A stretch of 64,000 bases of DNA from Dehalococcoidia bacterium (GTDB taxonomy: Bacteria > Chloroflexota > Dehalococcoidia > Lucifugimonadales > UBA3495), in contig OZ247430.1 of NCBI GenBank assembly GCA_965232895.1, positions 40,934 to 104,933 of the forward strand. Direction: 5' to 3'. Positions 47,745-57,007 of the stretch are shown one piece after another; positions within the stretch are counted from its first letter, which is position 1, and each line of letters begins with the position of its first letter. A program made the translations under genes and the position numbers. The notes under the pieces were generated by a model. It searched no databases. It had not been told where the DNA came from and worked only from the letters and a program-made list of their open reading frames with translations.

Positions 47745-48845
47745 ATGTTGACGCTGCCGGCCTTGCTTCTTGCCCTGATGCTTGCATCCCTGGCCTGTGC
47801 CGGCGCCGCGCCCGGCGAACCGGCGGACTCCGACCCGCCGGCGGGCGCGGAAACCGGCAAGCTCACCATCGTTACCACGCTCAACATCGTCGCCGACTGG
47901 GTGGCGGCCGTGGGCGGCGACGGGGTGGTGGTCACGTCACTGTTGCCCGCTGACACTGACCCCCACAATTACAAACCCGGCGCCCAGGACGTCGCCAAGG
48001 TAGCCGAGGCCGACCTGGTGGTCACCATCGGACAGGGGCTCGAGGACAAGTGGGTCAACGACCTCGTTTCCAGGGTAGCCAAGGACACCGACGCCATCGT
48101 GTCCTTGAACCAATACATTGATCTCCTGGAGTACGAGGAGGAACAGGACGATCACGACCATGGCGATGGCAATGCCGGTCACGACCATGGCGACGCCGGT
48201 CACGACCATGGCGACGCCGGTCACGACCATGGCGACGCCGGTCACGACCATGGCGACGCCGGTCACGACCATGGCGACGCCGGTCACGACCATGGCGACG
48301 CGGACCACGACCACGGGCCACTGGACCCGCACTTCTGGTTCGACCCCCTGCGGGTCAAGGATGCGGTGGGCGGCATCGCTGAACGCCTGGCAGCCGCCGA
48401 CCCCAACCGCCGGTCTGAATACGAGGCCAACGCCGCCGCCTACGCTGCCGAGTTGGACACGCTCCACCACTGGATCGAGGTGCAGGTTGCGACGGTGCCC
48501 GAGGAGCGTCGGCTGCTCGTTTCTTCCCACGACAGCCTGAGGTACTTTGCCCACCGTTACGGTTTCAAAGTCGTGGGAGCGGTCAAACCGCCCTCCGGCC
48601 AGGAAGAACCGACCGCCCAGGAGATGACGGCATTGGTGGAACACATCAGGGAAGAACGCGTTCCAGCGATCTTCACCGAGGACATCTTCGCGCCCCGGCT
48701 GTCACAGAGGATCGCAGAAGAGACCGGCGTGCAGATAGTTTCGGCGCTGCGCACCAGCTCACTGGACGAGCCGGGCAGCCCGGCCGGCGCCTACCTGGGG
48801 TTCATGCGCTACAACGTGGGCGTCATAGTGGAGGCGCTGAAGTAG
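47745..48845 (+). CDS. Zn/Mn ABC transporter substrate-binding lipoprotein (ZnuA/AdcA-like) with His-rich loop
   Basis: Lipobox SLAC; DPHNYKP, DPHFWFDP, SHDSLRYFA; start uncertain (47676-47745). Confidence 0.9.
   Translation: MLTLPALLLALMLASLACAGAAPGEPADSDPPAGAETGKLTIVTTLNIVADWVAAVGGDGVVVTSLLPADTDPHNYKPGAQDVAKVAEADLVVTIGQGLEDKWVNDLVSRVAKDTDAIVSLNQYIDLLEYEEEQDDHDHGDGNAGHDHGDAGHDHGDAGHDHGDAGHDHGDAGHDHGDAGHDHGDADHDHGPLDPHFWFDPLRVKDAVGGIAERLAAADPNRRSEYEANAAAYAAELDTLHHWIEVQVATVPEERRLLVSSHDSLRYFAHRYGFKVVGAVKPPSGQEEPTAQEMTALVEHIREERVPAIFTEDIFAPRLSQRIAEETGVQIVSALRTSSLDEPGSPAGAYLGFMRYNVGVIVEALK
48174..48299 (+). repeat. 21-bp coding tandem repeat x6 (AGHDHGD)
   Basis: GCCGGTCACGACCATGGCGAC six times, exact. 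Confidence 0.92.
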
Positions 48846-48847
48846 TC

Positions 48848-49570
48848 ATGGACACGGAGGGATCGGCGCCCCGCTTGGCCTTCGAGGATCTGACTGTCCA
48901 CGTCAACGGGCTGCTGGTGCTGGACCGGATAAATTTTGAGATCGGCTCCGGATGCCTGGTGGGTGTGCTGGGTCCCAACGGATCGGGCAAGAGCACCCTG
49001 TTCAACACCATTGCGTCGTTGATACGTCCCACCTCCGGCCGGGTGCTGATCAACGGCCGTGCGCCCGAAGAGGAACGGGGCCAGGTGGCCTACATGACGC
49101 AGTACGAGCGGATCAACACCCGTATCCCCATGAGCGCGTGGGACGTGGTGATGCAGGGCCGCGTGCGGGAGATCGGCTGGTTCCGCTGGCCAGGCCGCTC
49201 TGACCGGGAGATCGTCCGCCGTGCCCTGGAAACGGTAGAGATGTCGCTATTCAGCAATGCCCAGATTACCGAGATGTCCGGCGGGCAGCGCAAGCGTGTC
49301 TTCATCGCCCGCGCCCTGGCCCAGGGCGCCAGCATCCTGCTGCTGGATGAGCCCTTTTCCGGGGTGGACATTCCCTCTCAGTCTGCGCTGCTGGGTGTAT
49401 TGCTCCGGCTTCGTGACGACGGCCACACCATCCTGATGTCGTCTCACGACATCATCCAGATGTTTGAGATTTGCGACGATTACCTGCCTCTGAATTGCGA
49501 GCCGGAGGCGCTGGAGCGAATCAATCTGAGCCGGCAGCAAATCCAGCCTCCTTACCCGGTTGGGACATGA
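48848..49570 (+). CDS. Metal ABC transporter ATP-binding protein
   Basis: GPNGSGKST, MSGGQ, LLLDEPFSGVD, SSHD. Confidence 0.9.
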   Translation: MDTEGSAPRLAFEDLTVHVNGLLVLDRINFEIGSGCLVGVLGPNGSGKSTLFNTIASLIRPTSGRVLINGRAPEEERGQVAYMTQYERINTRIPMSAWDVVMQGRVREIGWFRWPGRSDREIVRRALETVEMSLFSNAQITEMSGGQRKRVFIARALAQGASILLLDEPFSGVDIPSQSALLGVLLRLRDDGHTILMSSHDIIQMFEICDDYLPLNCEPEALERINLSRQQIQPPYPVGT

Positions 49571-49619
49571 CCGGGCAGGCCGCATTCTCTCCCACGTCGA
49601 TGCTCGGGCAGGGTCGGTC

Positions 49620-50483
49620 TTGGAAGCCCTAATCGAAGGGCTCTGGGGGCCCTTCGAGTACAGTTTCATGCGCCGGGCGCTGGTGGTGTCCCTGCTGGTG
49701 GGGGTGATGTGTCCGGTGCTGGGCGTGTACGTGGTGACCCGAGGCCTGGGCTTCGTTGGAGACGCCCTGGCCCACTCGGTGCTGCCAGGGATGGTGGCTG
49801 CCTTCATGCTGGGATTCAGCCCTTTCGCCGGCACCATTCCGGTGGCCGTCGGCGTGGCGCTGCTGATCGGCTACCTGGTCAAGCGGGTTGGCGTCGGCGA
49901 GGACACCTCGGTGGGCATTACCTTTGCCGGACTGTTTGCGCTGGGACTGGTCATGTTGACCGCCGCGCGCGGGCTGCCGGTGAACCTGGAGGACATTCTC
50001 CTGGGCCAGGTTCTCGGAGTGTCGCAAACCGACGTTTACATCACCCTGTCCCTGGCGGGAGTGGTACTGGCGCTGGTGTTTGTCATCCGCAAGGAGCTGC
50101 TTTTCTCTAACTTCGATCCCACCGGCGCGCTGGTCATGGGGTTGCCCACCAACCTGCTGGAGTACACGCTTCTGGTCCTGCTGGCGGTGGTAACCGTGAT
50201 CTCGCTCCAAGCCGTGGGCATCGTGCTGGTGGTGTCCATGCTCATAACGCCGGCGGCCACCGCGCTGCTGTTGGTGCGCAACTTTTACCGGGCGTTGCTG
50301 CTTGGGGTGGCATTGGGAGTTGCCGCTGCGTTCGGCGGGCTATACCTGTCCTTCTATTTCAACCTGCCTTCAGGCCCGGTGATGGCACTGCTGACCACCT
50401 TCTGTTTCATAACGGCGCTGGCCTGGAAGCAGAGCGTCACCCGGTTCGCCAGCGCCGGGCGGCGGGGCGAGCCCTCCCGCTAG
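49620..50483 (+). CDS. Metal ABC transporter permease (ZnuB/MntB family)
   Basis: FMRRAL, GDALAHSVLPG, LLITPAATA; start uncertain (49560-49620). Confidence 0.88.
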   Translation: MEALIEGLWGPFEYSFMRRALVVSLLVGVMCPVLGVYVVTRGLGFVGDALAHSVLPGMVAAFMLGFSPFAGTIPVAVGVALLIGYLVKRVGVGEDTSVGITFAGLFALGLVMLTAARGLPVNLEDILLGQVLGVSQTDVYITLSLAGVVLALVFVIRKELLFSNFDPTGALVMGLPTNLLEYTLLVLLAVVTVISLQAVGIVLVVSMLITPAATALLLVRNFYRALLLGVALGVAAAFGGLYLSFYFNLPSGPVMALLTTFCFITALAWKQSVTRFASAGRRGEPSR

Positions 50484-51334
50484 CCGGCCGAGCGGCTCCG
50501 GCGGACCCAGGACACCAGAAAGCCCCGGCGCGGCGACAGCCCGGCCACCAACAGCAGCAGTCCGACGGATACCACCACGATGGTGGGTCCTGTTGGCAGG
50601 TCAAAGTAGTAAGAGCAGTACAAACCGACCAGCACTGCGAACAGGGCACAAGCGACGCTGGCCACCATTATCGATGAGAGCCGCCGGGTCAGCAGGGTAC
50701 CGGTAACCGACGGCACCACGAGCAAAGACATGACCATCACGTTGCCCACGGTTTTGATGGCCGCTACCGTTGTCAGCGCCACCAGCAGCGGCAGCAAGTA
50801 TTCGAGGAAGCGCACCGGTACGCCGGCGGCCTCCGCGACGGTGGCGTCATAAGTGGTGAACACCAGCTCCTTGTAGAAGGCCCACACCACTCCCATAACG
50901 CCGATCGCCAGGACGCCCACGCTCAGCACGTCGAGCCACGAAGCCCCCAGGACGTTGCCGAACAGAATCCCCAGCAGGTCTCCGGCATAACTGGCCAACG
51001 AGTTGATGATGATCACTCCGACGGCGAACCCTCCCGCGAACATCACCCCGATAATTGCGTCTATCCGGATACCCGAGCGGCGCGACAGGGCGGAAATCAC
51101 CAGCGACGCCGGTACGGCCCAGCAGAGAGCCCCGAGGAACACGTTGGCGCCAAATATGAACGCAGCGGCCATACCGGTCAGCGACGAGTGAGCGATCGCG
51201 TCGCCGAGAAAAGCCATGCCGCGCAGGACTACGAACGTGCCAACGATGCCGCAGGCGGTGGCAGCCAGGGCCGATACCAAAAGGGCGCGCTGCATGAATC
51301 CGTACTGCATCGGCTCGATGATCAGGTCGAGCAC
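50480..51334 (-). CDS. Second metal ABC transporter permease, convergent
   Basis: FMQRAL, LGDAIAHSSL, DAIIGVMF, KELVFTTYD, LPTGPTIV. Confidence 0.88.
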   Translation of the reverse strand: MLDLIIEPMQYGFMQRALLVSALAATACGIVGTFVVLRGMAFLGDAIAHSSLTGMAAAFIFGANVFLGALCWAVPASLVISALSRRSGIRIDAIIGVMFAGGFAVGVIIINSLASYAGDLLGILFGNVLGASWLDVLSVGVLAIGVMGVVWAFYKELVFTTYDATVAEAAGVPVRFLEYLLPLLVALTTVAAIKTVGNVMVMSLLVVPSVTGTLLTRRLSSIMVASVACALFAVLVGLYCSYYFDLPTGPTIVVVSVGLLLLVAGLSPRRGFLVSWVRRSRSAG

Positions 51335-51418
51335 AGAGACCTCCGGCAGGCCGGTCGCACCGGCCTCATCTGGTGACCCGTGCGAAGCGGTCCCGGGTCA
51401 GGTTGCTGAATGAGTTGA

Positions 51419-52171
51419 TTACAGTTTGCCGGCGGCGCGCAGCTGATAGCGCACCTTGCCGACGCCGCCGAACTTGAGCCGAAGGAGGCCTTTGACGTCC
51501 TCCCAGGCAGTGCGGATGATGCGGACGCGGGTGTCCGGATCATCAGTCCAGTGCACCGGAATTTCCCGGATGCGAAAGCCGCATTTCTGCGCGAGGATGA
51601 GCAGCTCCGAGTCGAAAAACCAGCCGTTATCCAACACCAGTGGGCTAAGATCGTGAGCTACCCTTTTGCTGACCGCTTTGAACCCACACTGCGCGTCGCG
51701 GAAAGGAGTGAAAAACATCGACCGGAACAACAGGCTGTACCCGCGTGAGGTTATCTCGCGCTTCAGGGTGCGTCCGACCACGCGCGATTGGGGCAACAGG
51801 CGAGAGCCGATGGCGACATGGTATCCATCGTCGACAATTGCCGACACCAACGTGGGCAAATGCGCCAGGTCTGTCGAGAGGTCAACGTCCATATAGGCCA
51901 TGACATCCGCGGCGCTCTCGGTCCACGCCCGCCGCAGCGCCCGGCCGCGGCCGCGCTCTTGCAGCCGGATGAAACGCACCTCGGCGAAACGCTCCGCGAG
52001 ATCAGCAGCAGCCTCGAGGGTGCCGTCGGTCGAGCCGTTATCGGCCACCACGATGCTCCACGAGTATTCGGCCATGTTGGATGACATAAACTCATGAAGC
52101 CGACCAACGCTTTCGGGAAGCGCCCGCTCTTCGTTGAGGCAGGGTATGATCACGTCGATGCTGGCGCGCAT
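51419..52171 (-). CDS. Glycosyltransferase family 2 (polyprenyl-phosphate sugar transferase-like)
   Basis: VIIPCLNEE, DNGSTDGT, YMDVDLS, DAQCGFKA, WFFDSE. Confidence 0.9.
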   Translation of the reverse strand: MRASIDVIIPCLNEERALPESVGRLHEFMSSNMAEYSWSIVVADNGSTDGTLEAAADLAERFAEVRFIRLQERGRGRALRRAWTESAADVMAYMDVDLSTDLAHLPTLVSAIVDDGYHVAIGSRLLPQSRVVGRTLKREITSRGYSLLFRSMFFTPFRDAQCGFKAVSKRVAHDLSPLVLDNGWFFDSELLILAQKCGFRIREIPVHWTDDPDTRVRIIRTAWEDVKGLLRLKFGGVGKVRYQLRAAGKL

Positions 52172-52227
52172 AATTGAGACATTATAGCAACAAGCGTACA
52201 GGCGAATGTCCGGCAAACACTGGAAAT

Positions 52228-52379
52228 CGGGGCAATCGCATCATAAGCCTCACGCCCGTCACTCCGGCTTTCGCCGGAGTCCAGTGGTCATAGAATGAAC
52301 AAATTTGAAGCGTATTTGACGAATTCGATCACTGGATTCCTGCTTGCGCAGGAATGACAGCGATGATGCGATTACCCTG
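52228..52379 (+). mobile_element. 152-bp MITE/REPIN-like element, copy E
   Basis: Near-identical to copy A, but the first hairpin loop is TTTC. Confidence 0.8.
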
Positions 52380-52541
52380 CACCGGAAATCCGGCCTTGGC
52401 GCCTTTGCCATTATTCTGCCGGGCATGATCGGAACCGGCTCCTTTTGTGAAATATTCGTCCCGTCTTGCGCCGGCAACCCCGATTGGCGCCCACCCAACG
52501 CCGATGCCGGCGATTTCGGGAGTGCTTTTGATCATCCCAAA

Positions 52542-52571
52542 TTGACAAATATCGAGGCCCGATGCTATATT
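52542..52571 (+). promoter_or_regulatory. Sigma70 promoter of the 2-oxoacid oxidoreductase operon
   Basis: TTGACA-N18-TATATT with an extended TGn. Confidence 0.6.
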
Positions 52572-52786
52572 CCGTGCGATAAACAGACGGCGTTATCGTG
52601 TTTGCGATTAACGATGTCGAATGCGGCACGACGAGTTTGTGGCCCAAATTTCGGTGACAACCAATAGCGCCTCCCGCTGGTAAGTGGGTAGGTGTTTTTT
52701 TGACTATGCTTCGAAATGTTCATGTCCCGCAGGGATTTTGCCGGCCGTCCGCTCGCTGATTACAGCCGCTTCGGAGGAACCTCCTA

Positions 52787-54496
52787 ATGTTGATGAACGA
52801 CTTCGTCGTCAGGTTCGCCGGTGAAGGTGGACAGGGCGTCGTTACTTCGGCCGAAGGACTGGCCCAGGCGTCTACGCAGGTCGGGTATCATGCCCTGACC
52901 TACGCGACGTTCCCGTCCCAAATCCTGGGCGGCCCGACCTGGACCCAGGCCAGGATATCTACTGAACACACGCTCAGTTCAGGCGACCAGGTGGACGTCC
53001 TTGTGGCGTTTAATGAGGAAGCTTACGAGACCCATGCCGAGGAAGTGCGCGAAGGCGGCGTGATCATTTACAACGCCGACGACTTCACCATGACCGACCC
53101 ACGCTCCTTCGGCCTGGCCGTCGACACCCTGGCGCGATCGACCGGCAACAACCGCGCCGCGAACATGGTGGTCATCGGCGCGCTGGCTCAATTGGTGCAC
53201 ATGCCTCAGGAGTACCTGGAGGATTTCGTCGAGGCACGGTTCCGCCGCGGGCGGGATAACGACGACGAGATCATCTCTTCGAACATCGAGGCCATGCGGC
53301 TGGGCCGCCAGAACGCCGCGGAGAGCGGTTTCGTGCTGGGTGACCTCGCCCCGCCCAATCCGCCGGACTACCAGCAACTGATGCTCAAAGGCAACGAGGC
53401 CATCGCCCTGGGCGCAACCCACGCGGGCGTCGAGTTCTACGCCGGCTACCCGATCTCTCCGGCCACCACGATCCTGCTCTGGATGGAGCGGAACCTTGTC
53501 GGTGAGGACAAATTCGCGTACCAGGTTTCCTCGGAGATCGAAGCCATCACCGCAATCCTGGGCGCGGGGTACGCCGGCAAGAAGTCCATGACCGCCACGG
53601 CGGGACCGGGGATCTCGCTGATGAGCGAGGGACTGGGACTGGCGTGGATGGCCGAGATACCGTTGGTCGTGGTGGACGTACAGCGTGGCGGACCGGCCAC
53701 GGGACTGCCCACCAAGACCGAGCAGTCCGACCTGATGGGTTGCCTGTTCCCGGCCCACGGTGACGTCCGTATGCCGATCATTGCGCCCGGCTCGGTGGAA
53801 GAATGTTTCTACGGAGCCGTGCAGGCGATCAACTGGGCGGAACGGTACCAGGGCCCGGTGATCCTCATGAGCGAAATGTCCATGGCGGAGAGGGTGCAGA
53901 ACATCCCCCGCCCCGACCTGAGCAAGGTACCGGTGGAAGAACGGCTGACTTACGAAGGCGGGAACGGCTATCATCGCTATTCCGGAAACGAGCTGTCGCC
54001 GATGCCTTTGCCGGGTGGCCCTGGCGCCTACGTTGCCAACGGCAGCGAGCACGATGAGATGGGCGACACCACGCACCTGCCCAGCCGGCACATTCAGATG
54101 ACCGAGCGCCGCTTCAGCAAACTGAAGTTGCTTGAGGAAGATCACTACGAGAGCGACAACACCCAGGCCAAGATTGCGCTGATGCCGTGGGGCGGTTCCA
54201 AGGGACCGGTTCGAGAAGCCTACGAAGCGCTGCGGGAAGAGGGGGTCGACATCGGCTGGTATTACACGATGTTCCTGCATCCCATCCCGCCCAAACTGAG
54301 GGAAGAACTGCGGGCCAAGGAGTTGGTGATCGTCCCTGAACTCAACTATCAGGGACAATGGGCAAATATTTTGCGGTTCCACCGCGTCAACTCCACGCCC
54401 ATAACGCAATACACCGGCCTGCCTTTCAAGGTTAGCGACCTGGTGGTCCAGGTCAAACGGATCATGGCGGAACACACGGAGGAAGCACGGGCATGA
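52787..54496 (+). CDS. korA: 2-oxoacid:acceptor oxidoreductase alpha subunit
   Basis: FAGEGGQGV, GNEAIALG, YAGYPISPAT, TATAGPGISLM, QRGGPATGLPT. Confidence 0.92.
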   Translation: MLMNDFVVRFAGEGGQGVVTSAEGLAQASTQVGYHALTYATFPSQILGGPTWTQARISTEHTLSSGDQVDVLVAFNEEAYETHAEEVREGGVIIYNADDFTMTDPRSFGLAVDTLARSTGNNRAANMVVIGALAQLVHMPQEYLEDFVEARFRRGRDNDDEIISSNIEAMRLGRQNAAESGFVLGDLAPPNPPDYQQLMLKGNEAIALGATHAGVEFYAGYPISPATTILLWMERNLVGEDKFAYQVSSEIEAITAILGAGYAGKKSMTATAGPGISLMSEGLGLAWMAEIPLVVVDVQRGGPATGLPTKTEQSDLMGCLFPAHGDVRMPIIAPGSVEECFYGAVQAINWAERYQGPVILMSEMSMAERVQNIPRPDLSKVPVEERLTYEGGNGYHRYSGNELSPMPLPGGPGAYVANGSEHDEMGDTTHLPSRHIQMTERRFSKLKLLEEDHYESDNTQAKIALMPWGGSKGPVREAYEALREEGVDIGWYYTMFLHPIPPKLREELRAKELVIVPELNYQGQWANILRFHRVNSTPITQYTGLPFKVSDLVVQVKRIMAEHTEEARA

Positions 54497-55359
54497 GCAA
54501 GAAGAACCCGGAATACGACTTCAAATGGTGCCCCGGGTGCGGGGACTTCGGTGTGCGCCGCGCGCTGGAATTCGCCATGATCAACCGGCTGGAGGAAACC
54601 GGCCTGCCCATCGAAAACAACGTCGTCGTGGCCGGCATCGGCTGCAGCGGCAACCTCGTCCACCTGCTGGAAGGCGAGCAGCCCTATGGCATCCACGGCA
54701 TCCACGGCCGTACGCTGCCGGTAGCCATGGGAGTCAAGATGGCCCGGCCAGAGCTGAACGTGGTCATTGTAGCCGGAGATGGGGATTTCCTGAGTATCGG
54801 CGGCGAGCACATCGCCCCGCAGGCGGCGCGCAACGTCAACGTAACGGCCGTCATCATGGACAACGGTGTTTATGGCCTCACCAAGGGCCAGAGTTCGCCA
54901 ACCACCGAGATGGGAACCATCACCAGCAGCACGCCGTTCGGCAAGATTGAAGAAGACCTGGACCCGCTGGAGTTGTACCTCACTCTGGGCGTGTCATTTA
55001 TCGCCTCCGGTTTCTCAGGTCAACCTCGCGTACTGGCGCGTCTGATCAACGAGGGCATGAACCACGACGGAATGTCGATGATCCATGTGCAATCCCCGTG
55101 CGTCACCTATAACGATACGTTCCAGCTGATCAAAGGCAATGCGAAAGAAGGCATCGCCCCTGCGCTTTGGGACATACCGGAAGAGCACGATCCGTCCAGC
55201 AAACAGGCAGCGTATGAATTGGTGCAGCAAGGCGGCCTGCCCGTGGGCGTCATCTATAAAGATGAGACCCGCGCTTCGCTGGAAGGCAATATGGGCTCCA
55301 TACGGTCCAAGGCGCGCCAGCGGACCGTGGAACAGTTGATGGACGCCTACGCGTTCTAG
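54493..55359 (+). CDS. korB: 2-oxoacid:acceptor oxidoreductase beta subunit
   Basis: WCPGCGD, GIGCSG, HGIHGRTL, GDGD, DNGVYGLTKGQ, SPCVTYN. Confidence 0.92.
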   Translation: MSKKNPEYDFKWCPGCGDFGVRRALEFAMINRLEETGLPIENNVVVAGIGCSGNLVHLLEGEQPYGIHGIHGRTLPVAMGVKMARPELNVVIVAGDGDFLSIGGEHIAPQAARNVNVTAVIMDNGVYGLTKGQSSPTTEMGTITSSTPFGKIEEDLDPLELYLTLGVSFIASGFSGQPRVLARLINEGMNHDGMSMIHVQSPCVTYNDTFQLIKGNAKEGIAPALWDIPEEHDPSSKQAAYELVQQGGLPVGVIYKDETRASLEGNMGSIRSKARQRTVEQLMDAYAF

Positions 55360-55384
55360 GCTCTCCCGGGCCGAATTGACCCAG

Positions 55385-55422
55385 AGAAGCCGGCGTCACG
55401 CGACGCCGGCTTCTTTGCGTTT
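55385..55422 (+). terminator. Intrinsic terminator after korB
   Basis: AGAAGCCGGCGTC-acgc-GACGCCGGCTTCT-TTGCGTTT. Confidence 0.75.
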
Positions 55423-55479
55423 TGGTTGGGGCGGCGTCGCAACCCGATGTGGCGACGACCCGCCGGCGGGAACTGCTGG

Positions 55480-56034
55480 TCAGTAAGACTGCGCCGGCGC
55501 CGCGGCGCCGGGTATGAGGTCCGGGTTCTCAGACTGCATCGACTGGTATTTGGACGGGCACTTGACAAGGATATTGTCGGTCGCAAAAACCTCGTCGTGG
55601 CCGTCGTAATGGCCTTCCAGGATTATCTCCGAGTGAGGGTTGAAGAACAGGTCAGGAAGCACGCCAACGTAGGTGGCCTCCACCTGCGGGCTCCCGGGCG
55701 CGACACCCGGCACATCGATTTGCTTGTCACCCAGGCTAAACCGCGAAAGCGTTGACCCATCCTCCCTGCGGAAACTGTCCGGAGCCAGGGCCCCGGCAAC
55801 CCTGAGTGTCTGGCCGTCGCGAAGGCGGGGGTCTTCCACGAATTCGCTGACCGTGACGAAATACAGCGTGTTCCCCGGGAAGGCGGCATAGACCATGTAG
55901 GCCACCGCCAGGGCGATCACGCCGCCGAGGATCAGCAGGCGCGTGCGATGGTTGCGCCACGCGGAACGCTCGGACTCCGCCTCTGCGGCGTGTTCCGCTA
56001 CGGAAACGGGAGCGGTGTATGGATCAGTCTGCAT
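55480..56034 (-). CDS. ccmE: Cytochrome c maturation heme chaperone, CxxxY type
   Basis: TM anchor, YFVTVSE, YVGVLPDLF, NILVKCPSKY. Confidence 0.88.
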   Translation of the reverse strand: MQTDPYTAPVSVAEHAAEAESERSAWRNHRTRLLILGGVIALAVAYMVYAAFPGNTLYFVTVSEFVEDPRLRDGQTLRVAGALAPDSFRREDGSTLSRFSLGDKQIDVPGVAPGSPQVEATYVGVLPDLFFNPHSEIILEGHYDGHDEVFATDNILVKCPSKYQSMQSENPDLIPGAAAPAQSY

Positions 56035-56070
56035 GGAAGTCCCGCGTGTCGGTTTGAAAGGTCTGTACCA

Positions 56071-56265
56071 TTATACTGAGCTAATCTGTTCCGGTTGGTC
56101 CGCGTCCGGTTCGCTGCCGGACCCCGTCGTTGGCCGGAGCTCGCGCAGGTCGCGCTGCACCGACTGACGGCGCCAGGACATGTACGCGGCATAGATGAAG
56201 AACACCGCCCACACTACGGCAAAAGCGGCGAACAGGAAAGGCAGATTGTGGGGAGGTACAGTCAT
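56071..56265 (-). CDS. ccmD: CcmD-like small membrane protein
   Basis: LPFLFAAFAVVWAVFFIY...RDLREL, located between ccmC and ccmE. Confidence 0.7.
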   Translation of the reverse strand: MTVPPHNLPFLFAAFAVVWAVFFIYAAYMSWRRQSVQRDLRELRPTTGSGSEPDADQPEQISSV

Positions 56266-56266
56266 T

Positions 56267-57001
56267 CTATTCGTAGGTTCCTTGACGGCGAATGGCGGAA
56301 ACGGCGTCCTCGGCTCCCCGCAGAGCTACTCGTTCCAGCAATAGATACGTGAACAGCGCCAGTACCGTGATCAACGAAAAGACCAGGATGCGAGCCATGA
56401 CCGGCTCGAGAGCATCATCAGCAGCCTCGGGTCCGATCACCTGCACGGGATGGATGGATCGCCACCACTGGACAGAATAGTACACGATTGGCACGTCAAC
56501 GAAACCGATGATGCCGACCACCGCCGACCATGCCCGGCCCTGCTGCGGCGTGGGAGCATAGTGGCGGATCATCAGATAGGCGACGTAAATCAGCCACAGG
56601 ATCAGCGTGGTGGTCAGGCGCGGCTCCCAGGTCCACCAGACCCCCCACACCGGACGCGCCCAGATGACTCCGGTAATCAGCGCCAGCGTGACAAACACCA
56701 CGCCGACCTCGGCAGACGCATGGGCCACCCGGTCCCACATCTCGCCCCGCCTGACGAGGTATCCCACGCCGGACACGGCGCAAACCAAGAACCCCAGAAA
56801 AGACAGGATCGAGATGGGAACGTGGATGTAGAAGATGCGCTGGATGTGGCCCAGCACCTGATCGGTGGGAGCCACCACGAAGATGAGGTACCCGTCGGCG
56901 ATGGTCAATGCCGCCGTCAGTACCAGCAGCCACGCTCGGGGATCTCGGAGGGAGGATCGAATCGGGGATCCCGTTGGGCCACGGCCCGCTATTGCCGCCA
57001 A
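56267..57001 (-). CDS. ccmC: Heme exporter subunit C
   Basis: RIFYIHVP, WARPVWGVWWTWEPRLT (WWD domain), WWRSIHP. Confidence 0.92.
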   Translation of the reverse strand: MAAIAGRGPTGSPIRSSLRDPRAWLLVLTAALTIADGYLIFVVAPTDQVLGHIQRIFYIHVPISILSFLGFLVCAVSGVGYLVRRGEMWDRVAHASAEVGVVFVTLALITGVIWARPVWGVWWTWEPRLTTTLILWLIYVAYLMIRHYAPTPQQGRAWSAVVGIIGFVDVPIVYYSVQWWRSIHPVQVIGPEAADDALEPVMARILVFSLITVLALFTYLLLERVALRGAEDAVSAIRRQGTYE

Positions 57002-57007
57002 ATTACG

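Noticed and set aside
15559-48299. CRISPR interpretation of the 16-bp and 21-bp repeats or of the 152-bp elements
   Set aside because: The repeats are contiguous without unique spacers, or are dispersed singly; there are no cas genes.
52527-52541. FNR/CRP-type box upstream of korA
   Set aside because: TTGAT-N4-CCAAA matches only one half-site.
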